The notes below the pieces were generated by a model that saw nothing but the letters and a program-made list of their open reading frames with translations, searched no databases and was not told the DNA's origin. From positions 11,470,001 through 11,534,000 of the forward strand of contig NC_134472.1 in the NCBI RefSeq assembly GCF_964194025.1: a stretch of DNA of 64,000 nt, in the 5' to 3' direction. Shown piece after piece: positions 36,831 through 47,317 of this stretch. Position 1 is the stretch's first letter, and every line of letters begins with the position of its first letter. A program made the position numbers and the translations under genes. The stretch comes from Convolutriloba macropyga. Lineage: Eukaryota.

Positions 36831-38723
36831 TTACGAGCTAGTACTACTACCGAGAAGAGAGTTTAATGCGGCATGCACATCGGCATTTATAGTGATCGAA
36901 TCATTATTAGTGGTCGTTGCTGTGGTAGATGTAGGTTGGGAAACAGCGATTATGCTTTCAGTTGTTGCAACTGTTGGTTGAGGTTGTTGTTGCAAGGGTT
37001 GAGGCATCAGAGGCTGCATTGGGGATGGAGGCAGAAACGGTAAGGGAAAGGGTGGCGGTGGGAAGTTCGAGGGAGGAGGGAACGGAATGGGTGGAGCTGT
37101 TGGCATTATCGGGGGTGTCGGAATTGCTGTGTTTGACTGAGTTACAACTGGAGAACCCACCGGGGCCATCATAAAAGGTGTCATCGGGTGCATGCCAAAG
37201 GGGTTTAATGATTGTGGTGGCGATACCTGCTGTCCTGAGTTAGATCCCGGAACCGGTGACATGGTTGTAGGAGTTGAAAAATTTGAGGCTGGTTTTTTGT
37301 CCGGACTCAAACTATCTGCACTTAAATTAAATGAAGGGGTACTGTTTGTTGTTGATGATAATATTGGACTTTGTTGAACTCCAGGTATGAGTGAAGCTAT
37401 ATTTGAATGCTGCTGCACTGGTGTCATTACAGGTACTTGTTGGGACATAAATAGAGGGTTTTCTAAGTTTACTGAGGGTTCACGATAGTCCTTGATTAGT
37501 TCTACTGTCGCTTTTAGTTCACGCTTTTTCGGTTTGATTTCGACCGTACTGTCGACAACGGAAGGTTCGTCAGCCAATGGAATTCCACGAGACAACGGAG
37601 GCGGTGAACAGAGTCCATCAATTCTCGGTGGCGAATACTCTTCGTCTACTTCCACCGCATCCGAAGAATCGGATATGTTCTCGATCTCGTTAACAGCAAA
37701 GGATACATTAGTGGACTGAACATTGCTGGCATTAGCAGTTGTTTCTGTGTCTTCAGTATTAAACCTAACTGGATACAAAGTATGTGACTGTAACATTCCT
37801 TTTCTGGCCTTGACCCAGGCTTGCAATTTCAAAGGAGTTTCTGTCGAGCTTGAAACATAATTGGCGAGTGTTCTTCGATTCTCATGCTGATCTTTGAAAT
37901 AAAACTCTGCTCTACTTAGACATTTTATGGCGTACATGTCATATTTTACCTTTTTAGAGAGCGTATCAACAAAAAGCTCCATGTTATTTTTCGTTGCTTC
38001 AATTTGTGCTTTCATGTCATCAACTGAGGAAAATAGCTGTCCAAGAGTTTCGTCAGAAGCACCGTAAGATGTCAATCGGTCAATCAAGTTACTGGCAACG
38101 CTCAGATTTTCGTGCTGTTTTTCAAGCTGATGCTTTCGTTTGGAACACTTCTTCAAAACAGCTGTAGTAGTTGGTAACTCGAAAAGATCTTTTGGGGTAG
38201 TTTTCCATTCGTCTGTCATTTCCGGCGAAGATGCCTGCTTCTTAGGCATAGGTTTCACCTGCATTACTGGTTTTGGGGCTGATTTCTTTTTCGTCTTTGA
38301 CTGTGCATCTTTATTAGGTTTGCTGTACTTAATAATAGCCCGTAAATCAGCGCAAAAATCCTTCTTATAAACACCACGGTCATCCCAAATATCAACAATA
38401 TGTCCAATATTTGATGTCAAAGAGTTATTCCGACATACAAGAAACGCTTGCTTCAGAATTTTCGAAAACTCGGAAACAAATTGTGGCACCTTGTTTCGTT
38501 TCCCATTTTGTATAATATCATTTGCAACATAAAGCATGTTCAATTGCCTTCGGTCACTCAAATTTGCCCTGAATGTTTCTAGCCATAGAGATGTCACAAA
38601 TGCACAGTTCACATCACTGCTATGGTTCAAAATCCATTGGGCAACATTTTGAATTTTGTCCTGTCGATCGTCTATATCCAAAAGCTTTTTCCTAAATTTG
38701 CTCTCGTCAATTTGTCTAACCAT
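36831..38723 (-). CDS. CTD-interacting domain (CID/RPR) protein, RPRD1/RPRD2 (Rtt103) family, 630 aa, single coding exon
   Basis: N-terminal CID (QDKIQNVAQWILNH...LNMLYVANDIIQNGKR...IVDIWDDRGVY), central coiled-coil-like segment, and a long Ser/Pro-rich tail (RPRD2-like). The ORF is uninterrupted. Probable 45-nt 5'UTR intron at 38731-38775. Confidence 0.9.
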   Translation of the reverse strand: MVRQIDESKFRKKLLDIDDRQDKIQNVAQWILNHSSDVNCAFVTSLWLETFRANLSDRRQLNMLYVANDIIQNGKRNKVPQFVSEFSKILKQAFLVCRNNSLTSNIGHIVDIWDDRGVYKKDFCADLRAIIKYSKPNKDAQSKTKKKSAPKPVMQVKPMPKKQASSPEMTDEWKTTPKDLFELPTTTAVLKKCSKRKHQLEKQHENLSVASNLIDRLTSYGASDETLGQLFSSVDDMKAQIEATKNNMELFVDTLSKKVKYDMYAIKCLSRAEFYFKDQHENRRTLANYVSSSTETPLKLQAWVKARKGMLQSHTLYPVRFNTEDTETTANASNVQSTNVSFAVNEIENISDSSDAVEVDEEYSPPRIDGLCSPPPLSRGIPLADEPSVVDSTVEIKPKKRELKATVELIKDYREPSVNLENPLFMSQQVPVMTPVQQHSNIASLIPGVQQSPILSSTTNSTPSFNLSADSLSPDKKPASNFSTPTTMSPVPGSNSGQQVSPPQSLNPFGMHPMTPFMMAPVGSPVVTQSNTAIPTPPIMPTAPPIPFPPPSNFPPPPFPLPFLPPSPMQPLMPQPLQQQPQPTVATTESIIAVSQPTSTTATTTNNDSITINADVHAALNSLLGSSTSS

Positions 38724-39130
38724 CCTTATCCTGAAAAATCATAGAACTACACTAAAATCAAAAGATATAGATTACCGTCCAATAGAAGATATAGATGGCA
38801 TAAAGCCTCCAAAATAGCTTTCACAGATTTCGATCCCTTTATTGATAAGAGTGACAACGAATAGTTACAATGACCGTCGAAAAGAAGTTTCAGGGCGTAA
38901 AAACACAAGGTTCGACTTCAATTTATTTTTTGCAACAAGTAAATTAAAATTATTACCATATGGTTAAATATACTTAAAACAAAAAAAAATACCTCAAATC
39001 ATTCAAGCACCAATTATAAAACTAAAGAAATTTTCTCAAAGAATCACATTATATAAATTTCTTCTGATTGGTTTCATCCTAAAAATAAAAATATTTTTAA
39101 AAGCTTCTACGTTACTATTCAAAGGAATTT

Positions 39131-39277
39131 GGATCCATTGTCCCCCCCCCCCGCTTAGTGAGAATATATGTTTTATGACCCCCAAGCGCACGTGCATTAA
39201 TTTTACATATAACGCGTTATATTACAGCAAAAAAATTGTTACCTGGGGTCACAAAAAACACAAAATAGAATAGATTT
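39131..39277. mobile_element. GGATC-ended MITE family, diverged copy
   Basis: GGATCC start, C-run, CCCCAAGCGCACGTGC core and AGAATAGAT end. Confidence 0.65.
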
Positions 39278-39499
39278 GGAATTTTTTCATGCCAAAAAAA
39301 TATTTTCAATTTTTGCCAATTGAAGTCATTGTGGTAACTTATTTCATTTTTGTACGCATTGACGAACAATCCAATTCACTCAAAAGTTTTGACTTTCTGT
39401 CTAAAATTGAATTGTTTTGTTCTGCTGTTTTAATGAAGTTTTAATGAAAACCCTAAAAATTTTCAACATTTTGAGGTCTGGCTGTCAATGAAATTTGAT

Positions 39500-41150
39500 T
39501 AGAGATTTTTTCCCTATTATTAGCTCAGCTAGTTGGATCTTTGTTTGTATTAGCAGATTTTTTGCTGTCATACTTTCTGCGTAGAAAGAACACCTTTACA
39601 CCCCAGTGACGATTAAGGCGTTTCAGTTTTTTTTCGGAGATCAATTTTGAAAAAAGATTGCTGAAAGCGATGATGTTGTTCTGGCTACCTGGGGGTTTGA
39701 CACCAAAGGCCTTTCTCCCATAACTTCTGATTAGAACGATGTCCAAAGGTTGCGACAGCCACAGCAGTCGCAACATAGTTGCCATGTGCAAGGTTTGAAA
39801 GCATGAGATTTAAAAAGAAGAAAGCGGGCGTTCAGGGGAACTTGATGACTTCTTAGGTATATTGATCTCATAGTTTGAGTAATCTTTAACGTTTTACTCA
39901 ACGAAACTAATGTTCCTGTCAATTTGAAAACCAAGGTATATGCAACTTTGTTGTGATTTTTTTTTTGGATCTATTCTATTCTGTCCCCCCCCCCCCCCCC
40001 AGTGTTTTTAAGACCCCCAGTTAAAAATTGTATGTTGTTATATAGCGCGTTACTATGTAAGAAAAGAGCACGTGCGCCTGGGGGTCACTAAGCTGGGTGG
40101 GGGGGGGGGCGAAACAGAATAGATCCTTTTCTTAAGAACTAAGGAATCCGAAATCAGAATTATTGCGCCAAAAACAGATTATTTTGATTTTAATTGTGTT
40201 CAAAGTTAGTTTGTGCTTCTCTATTTACTCTTCTGCTATCCGTTAAATTTTCTTGACTTTTCCATGTAAGCTACTGTCTTTTCCAAACAACAGACAATAA
40301 TTGTGTTATCTACGAATTGCATTACTTTCTCCGTTGTGTTTGTAATAGATGAAAAAAAAATCACGATTAAAAAAACGAGTGGCCTTTAAACACTTCACTC
40401 TGGATTACCAAGATTCACAAATTTACAATCAGAAAATATGCCACTATGGTTTTTTTGTCTGCGCCTAGCAAAAAGTGAAAACAGCAATTTCGATGTTGAA
40501 AAGTTAAAATTTTTTGCCACTATCATGTTGTCACTCACAGATTTCAAAAAAAGCTTTGATTCGAAGAAAAGAAATTAATGGTCAGAGTTAAAATTGGTTA
40601 TTTTGACCTTGTAGGCAATTGCCTGATCTTTTGAAATGAAACAGTGATCAATTAGTGTAAACGTTTTGATCAGTACATCTGGTTGCGTTCCGTAGTTTAA
40701 CAAGTTGTGCTTCTGAATTTGACGCAAAATTGTCTAGCTAATTATTTTCTGTTTTGTTCAGATAATTCAACATAAAATTTCCAGCAAAAAATGATGTCTG
40801 TTATACTCTATGCCCCCATATTTTCGTACTCAATTGATCAAGAAAAAAAATCCCTCTCCCAGTTGTCTGTTTGAGCTATGGAAAATATTGAAACATTGAC
40901 AAGTAATTTTTCTCTAAAAGGTTCGCTTAATTCAAATCAAAAGAATTCGAAAAACTTCTCATCAACCGTTTAATGCTTGATTTTATACTAGCCGCATTTA
41001 AGTTTTTACAATAAAATACCTGTAATGGAACCAATTTATTTTCTTTTCGTCCATCAAACCAATTCATTTTTGTCAAATCAGGTTTCCATTTCCTTATTGA
41101 TGTAGATTTTATTGAAGACGTCAGAAGGGGGTTCACCTTCACTTTCAATT
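39500..41150 (-). mobile_element. Degenerate CR1/L2-group LINE reverse transcriptase, interrupted by a MITE
   Basis: Minus-strand RT motifs in order: KAF..SV (~40550), VMQFVDNTII (YADD-like, ~40310), KHKLTLNTIK (~40205), YLGFQIDRNISF (~39920). Boundaries are approximate. Confidence 0.72.
39967..40126. mobile_element. GGATC-ended MITE family, best-preserved copy
   Basis: TIRs GGATCTATTCT / AGAATAGATCC with internal C-run and G-run; flanked by TTTT on both sides; nested in the LINE RT fragment. Confidence 0.85.
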
Positions 41151-42028
41151 TTAGTTATAGTGAAACATTTTTTTATGTGACAATAAGTTTTGTGCCCGTG
41201 GCGCGAATTGTAATATAAAGATATGGAGCTTTATTGCTACTCAAGGCTTAAAAAATAAAATTTTGTTGATAAGTCGTCGTTGTATGCAATACATAGGCGG
41301 AAGAACATAAAAATTTGCTGCGTGTCCTTTGGGTCAAAAGGGACGTTCAAAATTTTGTCAACTGAGACCTGAGAATTTTGGTTTTTATATACAGGGAACT
41401 TAGACATGCGACACTTCAGCACAATTTAAGCTCTGGTTTTGATAAGTTAAAAACTTTTAAATCAAAAACATAACAATCACAAAAGATCCAAATGGTTTTA
41501 TTCTGCCCGTAGATGAGATGTGGACGAAAGATCTCCTGAGCAGGATGTTTGGGTGCGATACTTGGTCATGAAAAATTGGCCAGCCTCAATCAAAGATTTG
41601 AATTTGTCATTTCAAAGCCCGGATATTGATAGGCGTCCACTTATTGTTAGAAAAATATAGTTATCCTTAAATTCGGCATTAGTCTCAAACGATGTATGTC
41701 CTCCTCACGGGTCAAGTTCAAAACACTTTTAACAAACATTGGTTTAGGACTACATACAGGGCGTGGTACGACCTTGCTACATTAAGGTTTATGGAACGGG
41801 CAATTATCCCCCAAAAATTGTTGTTAGAAACACTTATTAGTCGATTACCGGCCACCACAAGACGGTTCTTTATTTCGCACTCAAAAGAAAGGCGACCGTT
41901 CAAAAAATATATTTGTACATTTACTAATGGTTAGTGAAAATGTTCATCTCTATATAAATTCTTTTCAGTGAAAATAACAGTGCAGTATAAAATTTTTAAA
42001 ATAACAAAATTTATCTGACGCAGTCAAC

Positions 42029-45000
42029 ATGCCAAACCATTTCAAAGCGTCATCAACAGCAAATAAAAACCTCATGCAACAACTTGAATCTGTTGAACGA
42101 AATATAAACTTGCTGAATGTAAACAAGGAGCAAAATCAACCCAAAACAGACGCAAGGATCACTGAAACTGCTCTCAACACATCAAGATCGATTTTTAGTA
42201 ATCTACAGTACCCTTTACGCAATAGAACAATAAAACCGCAGTTTGCAAATATTGACAATCAAGAGACTCGTTAGACGCCGAATATCTTGACAGTTCTCAA
42301 TTCTTTGTGAACATTGAAGAGAGAGGAAAGAGCAAGGAATTTCTCTCAGGGGCGCTGGGAACAGAGAAGGTATGGCTAAATTCAAGTCAATTGAGAGTAA
42401 TGAACCTTGTTCAAGGGCAAAATTGACAGGAATATGAGGATAGCAGAGCTGGGCAAAAAGACCAGGTTCTTTTCACAACAATATTATAGCTGGTTCTGCA
42501 ATGAGCCATAGGTAGACATCCCCAAAAAAATCAACAAATGAACACTTGACATGAGGAGCACAATAACAACGGCTATAACAACAACAACCTATACAATGGC
42601 GTCTCATGTTCTTCGACCGACTGGATGTAACACACAGCACTGATATTCGAGAACACCATCAGTTTACCTAAATTTTTAATTCGCAATTTTACCGGTGGCT
42701 CTCTCAAGTAGCGTCAGTTGTTCAGCTTCTTCGAAGCAACCAATCACAACAACAATGGCTTCTCAGATTCCCCAAAAATTGAAAGGCCTTCAAAAACCAG
42801 TAGCACATAAAGCAAGTTTCCCACGTAACTGGATACTCCTACAATGGGGACAACTACCATGATTCCATTGCTGAACTGACCAAAAGCTGCTAAACTACAG
42901 CAAATTGTGGCTGATTACCTGGATCAAATGAAAAAGTGGCCAAAACTCAGATTAGACGAACCAAACAGTTTTGTGAGCTTCTCATGTTTCTTGAGCAGAC
43001 TGGTACAAATCTTCAGCCATCAAAAAAATTGATCTCATCAGTTGTTTTGAGAATGACCAGAGACAAACTGAACGCTACCATGATAATCAGACGGCACCAG
43101 GACACAAGAAGTCAAGTTTCTTCGCAACATAAACCTACCTATTTTAGGGATTGGGTGGAGTCAAACGCAGAATCAAGCGATGACATCTCCCAACAACGGA
43201 ATCAGAGAACTACAACGTAAAATTTTCCAAGAATGTGTCATATCAACTCTGCTCACAAAACCTCAACCATCGTTGATGATCCGAATACTCGCAAAAGTAA
43301 ATGTTTGACCAGCAGGTTTGCGTCGGGAGGTTCAACCTCTGCCCTAATTGCCAAGAGTTCACGAAACATTGCTTCCGACAATCAATAACGAGGTGTCTTG
43401 AGGCAGATGCCATGGCTTCTATCACTCTACACTGCATAGGATAAATGCATGGCAGCAATCACAAAGTATACAACCAAGTGAGAACCGAAGTGAACTCTCA
43501 CAATACAAATTTATCAGAAAACACTCAAACCAAATCCAGTCGAACTATTGAGATAACCTAAATGATTTGAACCAAAGGCAACCGACGAGTTCGAACTACA
43601 AAAAAACAGAATAGAAACTATAACAGGGAAGACTGATACAACAGCAGCTCTTTGCGCAGGTGCAACTGGAAGAAAAAGCTTGTTCAGCCCATGAACACAC
43701 AGTAAAAAAAACCAGAGACTGCAAAATAACATTCAGTAGAGTGTATCAAAACTGCAGGCATCTACTCCACTGCAAAACTACACTTGCAGCAACCAACAAA
43801 AATTTTGTTGGTTCAGACCTCAGGTACAGTTGCAGACAATATTAGCAACACTTTTCATTGTAGACTATTTTATCGAGACCTACGCATTGCTGGGCAATTG
43901 CAGTGAAAACAAACCAATAACGCAGAATGTTGCCGATGCGGTTCACGTCCTGCAACCCCAAGATATAACCCTTCTACTAGCTTCACTTCAACCTGAACAC
44001 TCAGTTAAAACCACTGATGTCATAATTGGCTTAGGAGTCGTGTACAGCATTTGCCCTGTGATCAGAATGCCTGTGTACGCAACAGCAATGGGGGGATTTT
44101 GAATAGCAAGAGACCGAACAGAACTGTTGAATGAGGTCTGCAGAGAAGGTTCTAATCTCCAGAACCCAAGTGTCTCAAGAACCAGGACTATCGGTTGAGT
44201 GCTTATTGTACCACATGAATTCACTGCAACAGTTCACAGACAATTCATAACAGGACCAACTGCACCCCATATTGAGTCAACACTCTGCTTGGTTAGCCAC
44301 TGACAGGGCTCATTCCTAAAAAGTACAAAAAAAAGAGTAGATCGATCAACCAACGCATTCATATCAATTTTCAATTCTAGCAAAAGACTACAGAAACGAT
44401 CCAGATGAACATTTTCCCTAGCTTTTCTCGACGGTTGAGGGAGTGAGTTTCTATCAGTGCTCTTCCAAAGAACAGTTTTTAGATGACATGTTTGTTATGT
44501 CTATATTCAATTATGCCATAAAACATACTGTTGACAGATACCAGATTGAACTTCCACGGAAGAAAGACATCACAATCCGTGAAAACTATTTTATGGCCAA
44601 AGTTCAGTACAGTTCTTTACAACAGAGGTTGAATAGGGAAACAATCTGGAGAGAATGCTGTGAGAAAACTACCAAAAAAGATTTGAATATACACTATATC
44701 TCAACTTCAGGCCCTAGTGTGAAGCACTTTGTTTGGTATTTTTGTCATCACCCAATGATCAACAAAAGAACGCCAGACAAAAGCAAAAAACGTTACAAAC
44801 GCGGAAAATATAGGAATATCATTGAATGTTTTGTCACTAACAGGGCCGGATCTACTTTGAAACTTGCATGGCTTCTTCTCCGCTTCTACAGTACTCAGTA
44901 TTAGTCACAGTGGACATCGAGGCAACATCTATGTAGATTGGCATCCAGCCACAACACCAAGACAACCTACGTTTTCTGTGGAGCGAGGACGGCAGTTGAA

Positions 45001-47317
45001 AGGTCTTCAAATATAATTAACTCATTTTTGTAGCTATATATTCCACTTCTCGTGCAATACTTGTTCTGCAGTAGTGAGCAAATAACCAGTAACAGGATCA
45101 TCCAGAGGCATACACATCAATCATGCAACAGTTCTTGAAATATATTATGCAGATATACCCTTCTGAGGAGGAGACGCAGACGTGGAGAGGAGATTGAAAC
45201 AAATCTGCATACGCGACGTCTCAATTTGACTAAATTCCTGAGCGTCAAACGAACCACAAAAGAAAACTTACTAGAAGTGGACGAGGCAGCAAAGAAAACC
45301 GAACAATCCTTGGTCAGGTGTGCGAAACAAAGAGCGACAAATAGATGTTTTGAAAACCAAAACTTCTCTAGACAGGGCAGCAGCTGGCTCAAAGACAATT
45401 GCATTCAATGACAGCCTCTTTACTCGATGCAGTTCGATTTATATCATCGTTTGACTGACAAATTAGATAACTTCTCCAAAAAATCATCAAGGAAGGGAGA
45501 AACTGGGATCAAACATTGTCAGAATGCTACCAACAGTAATTACAAGAGTGGATGGAGGATTTTGAAGCATGCGCTTACTACAAATTCCTAGATGCTTCTT
45601 TCCCAGCATCAACAGAACTCATCAACTTCACACAATCACTGACGCTTCGATGACTTTAATTGCTGACATAGTGGATGAAAGGACAACTAAAGATGATTGA
45701 TCTTCCAAGTCACGATATGTGACAAGCAAAACAAAAGTGGCACTTTCCAAGCAGCGGAACATAACGAAAAATATTTGGAACCGGAAAAATTTGGAGCAGA
45801 GTTAACTGGGCGCTGTGACATTGAGTCGATGACAATCATCAATTCTAAGCATTATTGGACAAACAGCACTGCTACAATACTCCTGGGTGGATTCAATCCA
45901 AGCAGAGACAGAAGACGTCTATTGCCAAAAACTGTGATAAAAATTCAAGAAAACTCTAGCCCAGAGAACTGGAGATACATCACTGGAGAGATAACTTCTG
46001 CTGACGACAGCACATGATGCTTCACCCCATCAGACATCTCAAAGCTGTGGCATGAACCAACGGAAGTTCTGAGCACGCCCCAAGTCACAGCTTCAAACGC
46101 CTCTCATTGAGACTGAAAAAAATCTAAAACAGAATCGACTTCTAAGCTCTACAAGGACTGTATTCTATGCAAAAAGACGCTTCAAGGCAAAACTCCGAAC
46201 AAGAAGACAAAACAAACAACTTGATGCCTCCAGCTCTGAGCATTTTGCTTCAGATGACACCAAGGCAAAAAACTACATGGTTATAATGTCCCAAAACATT
46301 TTCTTCTCAAGAATAATTCTGCACAATTGAAAAAAATTAATTTTGAGAAAGGAGACAAACTGATACTTTTCACACACTTTCTAGATTTCGAACTTTTGAC
46401 GGCTGAAGAAGGACTCAACAAGGCAGGCACCACTAACCTCTAGTGCGAAGCATTCCCCTCAATCTAATCTCAGTGAGCCACCTCAGTGCGGCAGTGGCCG
46501 ATGAGATTTTGAACTCTAGTTTTATAACACCTGTGAGCTGGAGCAATTCAGATGAGAGAACACTTACTCCTAATCTTTTCCTCCTGCGCAGATTATACAT
46601 CTGTTTAAAACCGCTTGTGAGCTACAACTAGCGTTACTCCACTAAAAACTTGTGGTAGCATTGAAATCATGAGCCAACTGAAAATGACATTGTGTGGGTA
46701 CGCAAGACTTCACACCCCAAAGAATTTGGCCTCGTGGGAAAATTATGAAAACATACAGAGGTTCAGATGGAATACCAAGGAGCTTCAACATCCAGACAGC
46801 TAGAGAATCAGTTCAAAAACCAGCAATAACCCTCAGCCATATAACCTCACAATTCCGGAATGTCACTGAAGCAAGTTCACTGAACGAGAAAAATAACTCA
46901 AATTCTGAAACAAACTTCTGTGCTGTATTTATTTGTGTTTACATGTTAATCTCAGTTGTCAATTTTATGTTGCTGAGAGTTTACAGGAACCAATTTGGTT
47001 TATACTTTTGTATCCCACAAAACCCTTTCATTTTTGTTAAATCAGATTTTGATTTTCTGAGTGATGTTGATTTTCGTGAGGAAATTGGAAGTTGTTGACC
47101 TTCATTTTCAATTATAATTTTAGTATGGGATTTCCCGTTTTTGAGCAGTATATGTGCGCAAATGGCGCAAGTTATAATGTATTTAAAGAGCTTGCTTTAC
47201 ACCCCCTGGCGCGACCCTCAGGAATTAAAAAACTGCTGCAAAGTCGGCTTGCAATGCAAATCTTAGGCTGAAGAGCCTAAATAATACCTACTTCTCCACC
47301 ATTTGCATTTGAAGACC
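42029..47317 (+). mobile_element. Highly degenerate BEL/Pao LTR retrotransposon
   Basis: Pao pol motifs: WYFCHHPMINKRTPDK (~44715); WTNS..ILLG...WRYITGE..AD (45860-46010); LTPN(L/H)FL; C-terminal DUF5641-like WPRGKIMKTYRGSDGIPRS...KPAITL (46694-46840). CCGGAA|TGT at 46861 may mark a 3' LTR start. No matching 5' LTR was seen. Confidence 0.85.

Noticed and set aside
36962-38370. Plus-strand ORFs overlapping the RPRD gene (and similar antisense ORFs over the PLAC8-like exons and gypsy pol)
   Set aside because: Antisense shadows of real coding sequence with no independent motifs.
38909-38919. B-box-like GGTTCGACTTC upstream of the RPRD gene
   Set aside because: Isolated motif with no tRNA fold or A-box; compatible with chance.
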